The translations under genes were made by a program, and so were the position numbers. A DNA stretch of 64,000 nt. Origin: a virus (Duplodnaviria; Heunggongvirae; Uroviricota; Caudoviricetes). Position 1 is the first letter of the stretch. The number at the start of each line of letters is the position of its first letter. The notes below the pieces were generated by a model. That model was not told where the DNA came from. It saw nothing but the letters and a program-made list of their open reading frames with translations, and searched no databases. The stretch lies in the IMG/VR virus record IMGVR_UViG_3300018430_000002. One strand, 5' to 3'. Shown one piece after another: positions 15,393 through 29,607 of the stretch.

Positions 15393-18300
15393 ATGGCTCG
15401 TTTATATCCACCTAGCGTGGCGGGCACATTACCATCTTGTTATAATTATCCAGAGGGGATTGTCACTTTGACAATCCCCTTTTCTATGAATAAGACGGTA
15501 GCGGCACGCGCAATTAGTAGTTTTAGAGTAAGAATTAAAACAACTTCGACTGATAGAGTAATTGCTGATTGGCCTGAAAGTAGAGGTGCGGCAACACTTG
15601 ATGATATTAATCCAGTATTAACAACTCAAATACCAACTGCATATATTCCTCAACTACGAGTCGGCAATTATTATAAAGTATAGATTGCTTATGTTGATAG
15701 TGAAGGAGTTATTGGGTATTATTCTTCTCTAAGTATTATTAAATATACAGGTAAACCAACAGTTCGTATTGCCGATTTATCTATTTCATATACTAATTTA
15801 GATATGACGGCGTATGTTGGTGAATATTTTAATCAAGAAGATCCAACTGAAATTGTATATCAATATAAGTTTTTATTATATAATGATGCAGGAGCGATTA
15901 TTGAAAATTCTGGTTGGCGTATTCATAATAGTTATGAAGATGAACAGGCTGGTCAATCACGAGATACTTATGTTCTCAAAACTGCTCTTGAATTAACTAA
16001 AACTTACAGAATTCAATATTGTATTATTACAAATAATAATTTAGAATTACATTCACCTCGTTATATGATTTGCCAATCAGATTCAATTGAACCATAGCTT
16101 AAAGCTAAAATTTTTACAACGACTGATTATGATAATGGTTCAGTAACAATTACTTTATTAGGTGATTTAATTGATGAGGACGGCAAAGAAGAAGTAGCAA
16201 CAGGTACTTTCTTAATTTAGCGTTCATCTTCTTCTGATAATTTTACATCTTGGGTAGATGTATTAAATTTTAAATTAACAGGTGAATTCCCTTCAAATTT
16301 TGTCTTTCATGATTTTACTGTTGAGTAGGGAGAAACTTATCGATATTCATTATAGCAATACAATGATTATGGTATTTATTCTCGCCGAATTTTAGCAGAA
16401 GATATTTATGTTGCTTTTGAAGATGCATTTTTATTTGACGGCAAACGGCAATTAAGAATTCGTTATAATCCTAAAATTGCTTCTTTTAAAACTACATTAT
16501 TAGATTCTAAAAAGAATACAATTGGCGGAAAATTTCCTACCTTTTTTAGAAACGGTAATGTTGAATATAAAGAATTTTCTATTTCGGGTTTAGTTACTTA
16601 TTTTATGGATAATGATGAATTCTTTTTTAAGAAAGATGAAATAGGATTTGGTGGCTGGGAAAATACTACCGATATTATTGACGCCAATATTTATCTTGAG
16701 CGACAATTTAAATTAGCAGTATTAGATTGGCTTAATAATGGAGAAGTAAAACTTTTTAGGTCCCCGCAAGAAGGTAATTATATTGTTCGTTTAATGAATA
16801 CGACTTTAGCTCCAAATGATTCTTTAAGTCGTATGCTTCATACTTTTACCTGCTAGGCTAGTGAAATTGCAGATTTTAATACAGAAAATCTGACTAAATA
16901 TAATTTAATTCAAACTGTTCTTGAGCCTGTACCTGAAATGAGATGGCGTTCTATTAATCTTGCTTAGTGGTTAAATGAACGTATTACTCTTCTTTCAAAA
17001 GATCCTAATTATAAAGGTGTAGGTCGCAATGAATTAGTACAGTAGGCTCGTAGAGATATACGAAATGGCACTCATGATTTAGCAGAAGGTAAACCTATTT
17101 ATTATATTAAAGTTGAAGATGTTCCGTCTGGCACTAAACTTTTATTGGGGCATCAAGAAATTTTAATTGGCGCGACAGGTTATTATGAAGCTTTTTATGA
17201 AGAGCCAATGTATAATTTGCGAGTAAGTTCTATTAATGTAGATGAGTCAAATGAATCGGCGGTTCCTGAATCTGTGTATGAGGGAATGAATGGTACTATT
17301 ACATATGGTACTATGTCTACAGCCACTAATACTTTTGATACAGTTACTTCTGTAAAAGTAAGAGACGTTCCTTGCAGACAATTCTTTGGCCCGCAAGAAA
17401 ATCTATTGGCAGAATGGAACGATATTCGCTTAGAAGTTTAGCGTGTTTATTATGCTCGTTTCGTCGCACGGCATTTAGAAGAATTAGTATTACCTCTTGA
17501 TACTACTATTGAAACTTTAAATGCAGTAATAGAATTATTTTCAAAACCTGATGCAAAAAATAAAGTATATTATTATACTGAAGATATTATAACAACACCT
17601 ACTCAAGAATATGATACAAATAAAGATCCAATTGTAGTTGAGCCACAGACTTTAAAAGTATATTATTTATATTATTATAATGGCCATTATTTGGTTCCTG
17701 TTGGGCCTGGATAGACTCAATTTACTGATGAATTTGGTAGCCGGATAGATGAAGAAGGTAATGTTATACAGACTTATGCGGGAAAAGATTTAATTTTGTT
17801 AACTTCTGCTCAAGCAAAATATGCAGAAAGATATGCGGAAGGTTTGTGGAATTCTTTAACTCCATATTATGTATATTATACGAAAGAAGTTAATAAAGAT
17901 AATTCTCCTGAAGGGAAAGAACCTAATTTATCTGACGGCTTAATTGATTGGAAATATACATATTATATGTTGGGTGAGACCGAAAATGGAACTAGTTTAA
18001 TTCAATTAGAAAATTATGATACTACAGTAAAATATCATAAGTCTATAATTAACGTTGCTGATATTGATGAATATTATATTCCAGATTTGGATTATGTTCC
18101 AGATGATATTAGTATTGGCAGTGGTGTATATGCCGAAATTGGTTTACAATATCGAATGATTAGTTATTATTATGAACAATATCTTAGTGATCCTAAAGTT
18201 AATGACAGTAAATTGCAATGGTTAGAGGCAGAAGAAGCATATAGAACTGGTGTATTAAAAATGATTTAGGCTACTAATTAGACTGAACCATCTCGAAATA

Positions 18301-18569
18301 CTGTTCTAGAAACCGTTAGTCCTTGTTATTATTTTGACACAGAAGAAGTTGATTTAAGACTAATCGAAGATATAGACAGACCCGAATATAAGAATCGTTC
18401 TGTCCCAATTTATTATTATTCTTCTCAAGTTGGAGAAGCTCCTAATTATAGTATTATAGAACCCAATTATAATATTGCTGATTTAAAAGCAAGACGTGAT
18501 GAAACTTATGCAATTTTTGTTGCAGAACTTGAAGCATATAAAGAACATGAGGAGGCTGACTTAGTATGA
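15393..18569 (+). CDS. Tail structural protein with beta-sandwich-like regions (~1058 aa, TAG=Gln)
   Basis: Frame-3 fragments 15393-18269 join across TAG; the TGA stop overlaps the next ATG (ATGA at 18566-18569). Confidence 0.65.
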
Positions 18570-21052
18570 TATATGATAATCATTTCTTAAAACAACTTGA
18601 TGAATGGCCTCAACGTGAAGTATTTGCTAAAATTGTTTCTTTAAGTTGGGATGAAAGTCCAAGAGAAGAAATTGAAGGTTATATTACAGGAGGATCCATT
18701 AATGTAGATGGATCCTCCGCTCTACGTCGAACTTGCAGTCTGACTATGATAACAGACACTCCTCGTATTAATGAATTATATTGGGCATTAGAAACTAAAT
18801 TTCAAGTTTTTATTGGATTAAAGAATTTTGTTAATTCTGATTACGATGATATTATTTGGTTTCCTCAAGGTATCTATGTTATTACTTCATATAGCCAAAC
18901 TTTAAATACTCAAGGTTATACTATTCAAATTTAGGGTAAAGATAAAATGTGTCTACTCGATGGCTCAATCGGTGGAAATATTCCTGCCGACCACGATTTT
19001 GGAAAAATTGATACGTTAACTGGCTATGATGAAAATGGTAATGCAATTATTGAAACTGAAGATATTTTAATTTATGATATAGTTCGAGAAGCAGTACATG
19101 TATATGCCAAAGAACCTTATGAAAAAATTATTATAAATGATTTAGAAGATTGTTCCGTTATGCTTTTAGCATATAAAGCAAAAAATATTAAATTATTTAT
19201 TTATAATGTTTATAAGACAGAAGGTGCAGATGATTATATTACCAATATGACATTTGAAGGTCATTCTAGTTTGGCGACTGAACTAGCGAAATATTTAGAT
19301 GGACAAGATTTTGAATATAATGGTAAATGGTATAAATTAATTAAAACTGTAGGCTTTAATGATACTGCTGGTTATCAATTAACTGATCTTACATATGCAG
19401 GTGATTTAATTTGCGCAGCAGGAAGTTCTATAACTTCTATGTTAGATAAAGTCGCAGGCATGCTCGGTGAATTTGAATATTTTTATGATTTAGACGGCAG
19501 ATTTGTTTTTTAGCGCAAGAAAATTTACGCAAATATTACTTGGACAAATTAGATGAAAACGGCAGATTCTGAAATTTATTATGATACTCTTGCTAATTCG
19601 TCTGCAAATATGTATGAGTTTACAAGTGGTCAATTAGTTGAATCTTTTGCCAATAAACCTCAAGTAAATATGATTAAAAATGATTTTACTATTTGGGGCG
19701 AAAGAGTTGCTTCCAGCGGTGTAACAATACCTATTCATATGCGTTATGCTATTGATGTAAAACCTGATAAATATTTTTCTTTAATTGATGGTTTATGGTA
19801 TTATGCAATGACTGAATAGCAATGTCAAGACACTCATTTTTTACCTGTGTTTCCTGAAGGAAAAGCACCATCTTTAACTTATGAAGAAACTCGTAATGGA
19901 GAAAAAGTATAGGTTAAAAAAGAATGGTATGATAATTCTTATTACACTACACATCCTTTTGGTACCCCTACTTGGTCAGATTATAATAAAGATGCTATTT
20001 ATACTGATTGGCGTGAATTAATTTATAAAATGGCATTAGATTATATGAAACGAGATACATATTTAAAAAATATAGAAAAATATGATATTCTTGAAAAAAA
20101 ATTAACAGATTAGAAAACTGATATTGAGGCTTATAAAAAAGAATTATAGGCTTTAAGTAATTTATGTGATATATATGCAGATACTATTACCGATGAAAAA
20201 ATTCGTGAATAGAATGGTGTTAAATTACCTGATTGGATATAGACTTTAACAGATACTGCAGTATATAAACAAGATAAATTAAATGAATTATAGTGGTTAA
20301 ATGAAACAGAAATTATTAAGTAGAATTATATAATTTGGGAACAAGATAATCATATTGACATTAGTAATTATATGACTTATTTTTATGATATGCTTGAATA
20401 TTGGCCTCGTATTTATAGTTTAGGTAATTATGGTTAGTTTATAGATCACGAGACAGAAAAATATTTCGTAGGATGGCATCCAGATTATTTTTCTATTGCT
20501 GAATAGTCTATGAAAAAAGCAGATGAATCTATGTATACTTATTATTATCTATTTATGAATTAGCCAGAAGCAATTGTTTTTTGGATTGATTTCCAAGATA
20601 CAGAGTCTTATCTCGGCAAGTATTCAGTAGAATTAATAGGTAGACGGACTAATACCGTTAAAGATACCAATATAAAAGCGATATTTTTTAGAGAGACTCC
20701 AAATGTGTTATTTACAAATCCTTATGATGAAGAAACATATAGACCTACTAATATGAGTTATGAAAAATTAAACTTATCTGTTGGTATGGCAAATTATTTT
20801 GTTATGAGTTTTCAAGGTAAAAGCGCAGAAGAAACTATGAATGAAAAAATTTATAATCATACTTACTATCAAGAAAGTATTACTGTAAATGTAGTTCCTG
20901 TATATTATCTTGAGCCGAATAGACGTATTCGTGTATTTGATGCTTCATCAGGAATTAATGGAGAATATATAATTAAATCATTTTCTTTATAGCTTGCGCA
21001 TGATGGCATGATGTCTATTAATGCGACGAAAGCAGAAGAAAATATCTTATAA
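18566..21052 (+). CDS. Tail/baseplate hub-like protein (~828 aa, TAG=Gln)
   Basis: N-terminal ITGGSINVDGSSALRRTCSLT and QGKDKMCLLDG (Q encoded by TAG), FEYFYDLDGRFVF, and C-terminal VPVYYLEPNRRIRV..GEYIIKSFS resemble Firmicute phage tail hub proteins. Confidence 0.6.
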
Positions 21053-21066
21053 GGAGGAAAAGGAGT

Positions 21067-21405
21067 ATGGCTAAAACTGTAGGACAGCTTAGATATTATG
21101 GAGAAAAAGATCCTCGTAATTTTCCTGCTGGGTTAGGTTCAGTGCATTTGTATAATGGTAATGCTCTAAAAGATTATTATCCGATTACTCAATTAGGTAT
21201 TTAGACTGTGCCAGGAGCAAAATTAACTCTTAATAAAGATAAAATTCCTGTTATCATAGGAGTAACAGGTATTTATGAGTTAAATATTGATGGTTTAGCT
21301 CAAATTACTGATGTTAGTTTTGCTGCTGAAACTTTAAATTTAATTAAAGACCCAAGCAATAATTTTTATTTAATTATTGATTTTATTTCAGATAAGGAGG
21401 GCTAA
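21067..21405 (+). CDS. Small structural protein (112 aa), paralog of 26041-26325
   Basis: ATG after AGGAG, read through TAG. LGIQTVPG..IIGVTGIYEL matches LGIQAPIG..RIGATGIYEL in 26041-26325, with TAG aligned to a CAA Gln. Confidence 0.65.
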
Positions 21406-21407
21406 TT

Positions 21408-24400
21408 ATGGGATTTTATGGTAATATATAGAACTCTAATAAAACAGCCTTCACTTTTGATTTAATCTATCATTCTCGTTTGACTATGGTAAATCATGCA
21501 AATGATGATGGTGTATTTTTAGGTCGTTATGTTTTAGTTGATTATGATGAAACTGCTGTGCTCGCTTATTACAACAGTACAGATAAATGGTTTTACAATG
21601 ATAAAAGTTTATTGCTGCCCCATAAAATTTTAAACCCAAAATTTAATATTATTTATGAAGTAGCTAACGAAGATTATCCTGTAGACCAACCACGGTTTTT
21701 CTATTATCGTCCAAAAGGATTTTATGAAGAAAATTCTCCTGCTCAATTTGAGCCTATTTCTATAAAAATTACCGACGGCACAGGTGATGCAATAGATGCA
21801 GTATCTATCTCTCCATATGCTGTTAGTCATACATTAGATGTACGTGAATTCGGTCGTGGTTATGATTCTACTGTATGGTAGAAAGTATTTGATAATGGAA
21901 AATATAAATATGTTTTAGTAGCAGAATTAAATGCTAAAGTACCTAACTTTAGATTAATTGCCGATCATCCTACTGAAACTCCTGTGGCACCATATTTTGA
22001 TCGAGATTCAACGACCATGGATTATTATTTGCATCTATCTTCTTCTTATGGCAATCGAGTAAAAGCTGTTAAAGATAATAATTTAAAAGATCGTTCAGAC
22101 GAGAAAATGACTCGTTATGATATTTCTTATGATTATACAGATGAATCTAATCCAACCTGGTCTGAAAAATCTAATGAGTATGATGCAGATATTTATTATA
22201 ATAAAGCTGGTTTTAATCCTAAACTTCGCACTTATGTTGAAGGAGATAAAAGTTTAAACACTATTAATTATGATAGAGTTAGTAGTGAAAAACGTTATGG
22301 ATATCAAGATGGTCCTATTTATCAAGAAGGAAAAACTTATCCTGATACTTATGAATGGTATTTTAGATTACCAGTTATTGGAAATGCTATTTGTTCTTTG
22401 TGGGATAGTATTTATGGATATAATCCTAAAGGCATCCGCTATCATAATCTTGCTCAAAAAGATAGTGATTCTCTTAATAATTTAGTAACATATGATACTG
22501 AAACATTATATGGTACTTTAAATAGAGTTAGAGATTTAATGGGTCATGAATTTTTACCTGTTTCAGTAGCTCAATAGTTAGCAGAATCAGAAACTGTTGA
22601 AGGTAAAATAATATATTACTTAGCTGAGGGTAAAGGCAATACTACTTATAATCCAAATAATCAATATCAAGTTACAGATATTGAAACAGTTGGTAGTTTG
22701 GCTATTGATACTAAGTTAAAAGTTGATACAGTCACCGATACTCAATTATAGTATATCGCAAAAGATGTATTATATTATGATGCAGAAGACAAGGGTCCAA
22801 TTAAATCTTATTATTATTTTGCTTATAGTCCTATTTTTAAATCTATTAAAGATGATAATATTGAACTAAAAGATGGAAAACTCCCAGATGGTGAATATTA
22901 TTTTAAAATGGGTGAAGAATATATTTATGCTAATCCAGAATTATATAATTCTACAGATGCGAATGGTGTAATTGTATCGCCAAATTATGATCATTACTAT
23001 AGACGCGTAGATCGTTGGGTGTTAACAGAATTAGAACAAGGGATCCCAGAAGATACAATCCATGGTTTAATTCTTAAATTGCATAAATTAATTGGTACTG
23101 GTGATGTAGACACGAGAGATAAAAATACTTTAATTGGTGCAATGCATCGTATTGAAGATATTGTATCTAATATTAATTTACGTTTAGCTCCTGGCCGTAT
23201 GCTTCATACCAACTCTGATACTGGTGTAATTGAAACCACAGATACTTATTTCCCAAGTGCAGATTGGGATAAAGATGAATTATTAGCTGGAGATGGTTCT
23301 TGGGTTAGTCGTTTTGCTTCTGTAAAAGTTCGAGAGAATTCTACAAATGCGAACAGAAAAATACCCAAGGTTGTTGAATTCCAGACGACGGGTGCCGCGA
23401 CCGGTGACGCGCCGGCGGTTTTAAAGAATTTACAAGCTGAATTGGTGTCTGATAATCAACGTACCAATGACGGCACTAATCTTGTCTATAACCAAAATCA
23501 TGACCCCAATACTCTTATATTGGCCACTCGTGATAAATGGATTAAGCTTCACCCAGATGCTAATGATGATAGTATTGAATTTGAACATACTCAGTCTCCT
23601 CTTGTAACAAGATTGAGTTATGAAGTATTAAATACTCCCGGTTCAATGAGTGTTATTACGGCTCCTGAGGCAGATGTAAATAGTTCTGTAAATACTGCTA
23701 ATTTTAAAGCAGGAGTTTCTGGCACTGAATTATCATTAATTCCAGATAGTGATACATCTATTATTTATGATGGAGACGATGCAGATAAAAATGATAATCG
23801 TTTAACCATTCCATATATTACTGTAGATAACGCTGGTCATATAATTGCGGCGAGCACTAAGAATTATAATATTCCTCATGGTTTTAAGAAGGTTAGAACT
23901 ACAGAGATTCTTGATACTAATGAATCTGTTTCTCTTGATTAGGCTGGCATTTCAATTGCAGAATCTATCGTAGATACTTTAAATATTGCACCACGCAATC
24001 GATGGATTGATATTGCAACTGAAAATACTAATGATGCAGAGGGTGCAGCAGAAGATAAAATTACTTTTAGCCATAGATTAGTTCCAACTGATCCAGAAGA
24101 TGATACCATAATTCCTACTTTAAATACTACTGTAACTTTAAATGGTGAACGTAGAACTAAAAGTTCTGATATTCCTACAGTTTATCGTTATGGTTTACCG
24201 TAGGATAAAACTGTAACAGATCTTGATGGGGAGTTTAATGGTGGTAGTGGTGCAGCGAATGAAGTAGCGAATACTTTTAATGTTCCATATATTGAAGTCG
24301 ATAGAGCAGGACACGTTGTAGCAGCTGAAACTCATATTGTAACTTTACCAGAAAATTTTGAAACTATTACAGTAATAAAACAGAATGAAAGTACATCAAC

Positions 24401-25979
24401 AGAAGCAGATGTTTTAGAAAATGATGCTATTATTACTGCAGATTCTTTAGCAGATAATTTAACACTAAAAACTGTCAACAGATGGATTGGTATTGGTTTA
24501 ACTGATCAGAATAATGACGATATTCTTACTTTCGGTCATAGGTTATCAGATATTAAAAATGATACACCTCGTGTATTAAATGGCGCTCGTAAAGCACATA
24601 GTAAATATACTAATGTACAGCGTTATGGTTTGCCTTAGAGCAAATCTGTTACATTATTAGATCAAGACAATGGACAAGAGCTTGCAAATACATTTAATGT
24701 TCCATATTTTGAAATCGATGAAGCTGGACATATGGTATATGCAGAAACAAATACTGTAACATTACCAGAAAATTTTGAAACTATTACAATAGCAAAAGCA
24801 TCAGATAATTTAAGTGAAGAATATGCCACTGAAGATACAAACACAAAAGCTGGCGCCACGATGGATGAATATGCTACTGCGAATATTATTAAAGCAGATA
24901 GTTTAAGTGACAATCTTACTTTTAATACTGGGAATAAATGGATTCGTTTAGCAGGAACAGATGAAAACGCAACGGATGATATTATAACAATTAGTCATGA
25001 AATACATAATATCCGCTCTTCTACTAGCGAAGAAGATATGGATACAGAAGCTAATAAAAAAGATCAATTTACTACTTAGGTTGTAGAATGGGACAATGCT
25101 GGACATATTATTTCACATGACACCAAGACTTGGACTCTACCGAATAGTATTCGTAATATTACAGTTGGTATAAATTCTGATAACTCCTCTAACGCTGAAG
25201 TTAACGATTCTACAGTAACTGTTCAAGCAGACACAACTTTTGATACAGTTAATTTTAATGCTTCTAATAAATGGATTAGACTTACCGCAAATGATACTAA
25301 TAATACTATTACAGTAGGTCATCTTGCTCAAAGTACAGCTGGTTCTTATCCGAAGAAAGACACGGAAATAGAATTTTCTGAATTTGGCAGTAAAGTAACT
25401 TTATAGGGATATGCCATTGATGAGGCCGGTCATATTATTGACTATCCTACTTATACATTAGCAATACCCAAAGGTTCTTATAGTGAAAATGGAGGCACTG
25501 AAGGGGCGAATGTGCTTACTTCTCTCGCTTTTGTTGATACAACTGGAACTTTAACTGGCACTAAAGTAAATATTGGCACTTTAAAATTAGCAGAATATGA
25601 ATTAGGTACTGATGTTAGTGCTATTGCAGCAACAGATTAGTTAAATAAAGCATTAAGTAAATTACAAGCCTAGATTAATGCTCATAAAACAAATACTGAT
25701 AATCCTCATAATGTTACTGCAGAACAAGTTGGTTTAGGAAATGTTACTAATGAAAGTAAAGCTACTATGTTTGCAAGTGCTGCTTTAACAGGAGAACCTA
25801 CGGCTCCAACAGCTGCAGCAGGTACAGATACAATGTAGATTGCTACTACAGCTTTTGTAACAACCGCAGTAACAACATTAAGTAGTAATGTTTATACACA
25901 ACAACAAGTCGATGAAAAAATCGCAAGTGCTCTTAGAGAATTTGCTGAAACTTATGGACTTACCGTTCCTACAACTTAA
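21408..25979 (+). CDS. Long tail fibre-like protein with internal repeats (~1523 aa, TAG=Gln)
   Basis: Frame-3 fragments join across TAG. Five D-x-AGH repeat units; C-terminal NPHNVTAEQVGLGNV and LTGEPTAPTAAAGTDTMQIATTAFV are classic tail fibre motifs, the Q of MQIATT being a TAG. Confidence 0.75.
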
Positions 25980-25989
25980 TACATAAACA

Positions 25990-26021
25990 AAAGGGCAGAT
26001 TTATTCTGCCCTTTATTTTTT
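25990..26021 (+). terminator. Intrinsic terminator
   Basis: AAAGGGCAGA-tttat-TCTGCCCTTT followed by a T-run. Confidence 0.7.
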
Positions 26022-26040
26022 GAGTAAAGGAGAAATAACA

Positions 26041-26325
26041 ATGGTTAATAGTCATGGTTATTATTCTGGCCATGTTGGTCAGCTTGACGCAGAATTTGCT
26101 GCTAATCAAGATCTTATTACACTAATTCGTGAAAAGCATAAGCTTTATGACTTTAAAGGTTTGGTAAAGCTTGGCATTCAAGCTCCTATCGGCACAAAGT
26201 TTGTTATCAATGGACAGACTTTGCGTATTGGCGCAACCGGTATTTACGAATTAGACCGCACTGTTAGCGTTAAAGAACTTTATTTCGTTGAAGATACTGA
26301 AGCTTTAGTGGACTATGTTTATTAA
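26041..26325 (+). CDS. Small structural protein (94 aa)
   Basis: ATG at 26041 after AAGGAG; no TAG; paralog of 21067-21405. Confidence 0.7.
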   Translation: MVNSHGYYSGHVGQLDAEFAANQDLITLIREKHKLYDFKGLVKLGIQAPIGTKFVINGQTLRIGATGIYELDRTVSVKELYFVEDTEALVDYVY

Positions 26326-26381
26326 TCTACTCGAACTTCTTTTGAAATTATAAGACGACCACAGGAAGGAGTTTGTTGAGT

Positions 26382-26711
26382 ATGGCAAGCTTTTATGGAG
26401 GCGTTGGCATATCAGGTGGCTCCGGTGGAGGTTCCTCAGGAGTTGGAATCGCAACCATTGAATTTGATGAAAATCGCAACTTAATTATCTATCTTTCTGA
26501 TGGAACCAAGAAAAATCTTGGTATTATTGATGGTGCGACTTATACACCAAAAGTGGTTGACGGAGTAATTTCCTGGACCAACGATTAGGATTTAGAGAAT
26601 CCTGATTCATATGATATCACCGCAGGACTCGATGGAGGAGAATACTGGGAAGGTGTTACTTCTGAATCAGAACAACCCGCGGATGATAATCAATATTGGG
26701 AATCAATATAA
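26382..26711 (+). CDS. Small Gly-rich virion-type protein (~109 aa)
   Basis: One in-frame TAG at 26586, TAA at 26709. GATYTPKVVDGVISWTND resembles motifs in fibre-associated proteins. Start could be 26373. Confidence 0.55.
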
Positions 26712-26734
26712 TTATTTGAAGGGGTGAAAAATAA

Positions 26735-27967
26735 ATGGCTAAAATTCCTGTAGTATTTAAGTACGGTACTAGAGCTCAATATGACGCTTTAGCTACTAAG
26801 GATGAACATGCTCTTTATTTCTTAACTGACACTGGCGAAATTTATCGTGGTGCTGTTAATCTTGCCCGCGGCAGTCACTTTGAAGGTGAACTTACTGTTG
26901 ATGACGCAGATGATATGGCCGTTATCGCACGTGTATTGAACGGTCAACCCGCAGTCCAAGATGATATTTTTGTCGTAAAATCTCTTATCGCAGATGGTAA
27001 GTATTCATATACTTCCTATATCTATGATGAGAATGGAAATTGGAAGGCCATGGACGGCAATTATAGTGCCAAAAATGTTTATTTCCACAATGACTTAACT
27101 GCTACTGCTCCTATTGGTGTTGTAACCATTCCGGAGACTGGTAGTGCTACTATTAAAGCTGAAGGCAAGAGCCTTCATGATGTTCTTGTAAGCATTCTCG
27201 CTGAAGAGCTTCAGCCCGAAGCTACTGCTCCAACAGTATCTGTTACTTCTTCCACTAGAGGTTCTTATGAAGTTGGTAGTGTTATTACTCCAAAATGGAG
27301 CGCAACTTTAAATCCAGGTTCTTATACTTATGGACCTGAAACTGGTATTGTAGCTACCTCTTGGACTATTACTGATAACGCAAGTACTCCTCATGCTTCT
27401 AGCGAAGCATCTGGATCTTTTGCTGATGTAACAGCTGAAGATGGTAAGAGTTATGTTATTAGCGCAACTGCTACATATGATGCTGGTGCAGAGCCTGTGA
27501 CCAATATGGGTAATCCAGCGGAAGAGGGAATTCAAATTCCTGAGGGTGCAGCAACAGGTAAAGTAACTGTTGTTAGTTCTTACCGCAATTCTTTCTATGG
27601 TGTATATACATCTAAGGAAGTAGATGGTGTACAAACTGGTTCCACTTCTGATTCTATCCGTACACTTAAAGCAAGTAATAAAGCATTGGCTAATGGCGGT
27701 AGCTTTGATATCGCAATTCCTGCTGATGCACAGCGTGTTGTGATTGCTTATCCAGCAACCTTGAAAGACTTAGATCAAGTATTAGATGTTAATGACTCTA
27801 ATGCTAATATCGTTAGTGCTTTCACCAAAGAAGATGGTACAGCAAAAGCTACAATTCAAGTTGCTGGCGCTAATGGATATAATCCTATTGATTATAAAGT
27901 ATTTAGCACAGACTTTGCTGGCGCTTATGGCGCAACAAATACTTTCAAAGTAAAAATTAAGGCGTAA
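26735..27967 (+). CDS. Fibre/appendage structural protein (410 aa)
   Basis: Intact ORF with no TAG. N-terminal FKYGT..ALYFLTDTGEIYRG motif, beta-rich Thr/Ser/Ala body. Confidence 0.7.
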   Translation: MAKIPVVFKYGTRAQYDALATKDEHALYFLTDTGEIYRGAVNLARGSHFEGELTVDDADDMAVIARVLNGQPAVQDDIFVVKSLIADGKYSYTSYIYDENGNWKAMDGNYSAKNVYFHNDLTATAPIGVVTIPETGSATIKAEGKSLHDVLVSILAEELQPEATAPTVSVTSSTRGSYEVGSVITPKWSATLNPGSYTYGPETGIVATSWTITDNASTPHASSEASGSFADVTAEDGKSYVISATATYDAGAEPVTNMGNPAEEGIQIPEGAATGKVTVVSSYRNSFYGVYTSKEVDGVQTGSTSDSIRTLKASNKALANGGSFDIAIPADAQRVVIAYPATLKDLDQVLDVNDSNANIVSAFTKEDGTAKATIQVAGANGYNPIDYKVFSTDFAGAYGATNTFKVKIKA

Positions 27968-27981
27968 GGAGGAAGAGAGTT

Positions 27982-29577
27982 ATGGCTTTAAACTTTGGTA
28001 AAGGTAATAGAAGTATAGCTTTCGCCCCGACTGCGGCATTCCCGCTTAACGCGAATAGCTATTTTGAAAGTTATGACCTCGCTCTTGCTGCTGCGTTAAC
28101 CGCAAAGCCAGCAGGCGACACTACTACTAAATATTATTTCGGCCAAGAAATTGCTGTTGCCGAAATGGTAGATAACGTACCTTAGAGTGCGAAATTATAT
28201 ATCATCGCTCCTGAAGCTCAAGAAGATGGTTCTGTTGTAGGAACTCTTCAAGAGGTTGGCTCTGCCACTGACGGCGATGGTAAATCTATTGAACTTGTCG
28301 AAGGCGTTCTTTCTGTAAAGGATTTCGGCAAGCGTTTTTATAAATACATCGCAGCTACAGAAACTGAAGAAGCTAAATATGAACTTGTTGAAGTTTCTGA
28401 AAGCAACCCTTGGAAATCCGGTTTACAACCTCGCATTGATGCCGAAGGTAATATCGCTTGGTACGAACCCAATCCTACTACTATTGAAGGAGTACAAGAT
28501 TAGGTAACTGGTATTCAAGGCGATGTCGAATAGGCTCAACAAGATATTGACGCAGTTGAAGAAAACCTCGTAAAAGCTGAAGAGAAAATTGATTCTATCA
28601 ATGATACTCTTTATGGCACCGACGGTGAAGAAGCTGTCGAAGGTCTTGTTGATAAAGTAGCAACTCTTGAAAGTGAAATGGATGCTGTTCAAGGAGCTAT
28701 TGAAAATACCTATACAAAAGAAGAAGTTGATGGTCTTGTAAGTGGAGTATTCCATTTTAAGGGCGAAGCCGAAAGTGTTGATGCACTTCCTGCTGCTTCT
28801 GCTGAAAATGTAGGTCATGTATATCAAGTTGGTGATCTTGAATATGCTAGCAATGGTGAAGAGTGGGTTGAACTTGGTTTCGTTGTTGATTTAAGTTCTT
28901 ATGCGACTAAGACTTATGTTGATGATGAAGTTAAAGAAGTTCAAGATGCTCTTGATATTGCTGAAGGTATTATTGAAGGACATACTTCTGATATCGAAGA
29001 AATTAATGGTGCTATCGAGCGTATCGATGGCGAAATTGATGTTCTTGAAGAAGCTGATAGAGGATTTACTTCTCAATTTGAAACCGTAAATGGCAAGATT
29101 GAAGCCCTTGAAACTGCGGATGAAACATTTACTTCTCAATTTGAAACTGTAAATGGTAAAATTGAGGCTCTTGAAGCTGCAGATATTGCTTTTGATACTA
29201 AAGTTGGTTCTCTTGAAACTACACTTGGTAATATAAATTCTAGAGTTGGCGCTCCTTCTGAAGGTTCTACAATTACTGTATTGTTCCCAGCTGTTGAATC
29301 TTTACAGAATAGAATTAATGATTTAGAAATTAATTCTGGCGCTGGCGAATTAAATATTATTAATGGTATTACCATTAATGGAACTGCTCTTACTCCAGAC
29401 GGTTCAAAAAATGTTGCTCTTCCAATTTTTGATGGCTCCAATATTGGTCTTGTACCTGTTGTTGGTGATGATATTGTTACTGCCACTTCTTTCTTGTCCG
29501 CAGAAGGCGCATGGATTGATGTCGCTTCTATGATTGATAATAAGATCGATGAGGCATTAACTTGGGAAGAAATTTAA
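27982..29577 (+). CDS. Coiled-coil fibre protein (~531 aa)
   Basis: Joins across TAG at 28183, 28501 and 28531. Heptad-like acidic repeats, SGVFHFKG..EWVELG motif, ends ALTWEEI. Confidence 0.7.
29065..29185 (+). repeat. 63-bp coding tandem duplication (FTSQFETVNGKIEALExAD x2)
   Basis: tttacttctcaatttgaaac occurs at 29065 and 29128, a 21-codon (three-heptad) period with mostly synonymous differences. Confidence 0.8.
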
Positions 29578-29607
29578 AAATAAAAAAGAAAAAGGGGATA
29601 TTTAACT

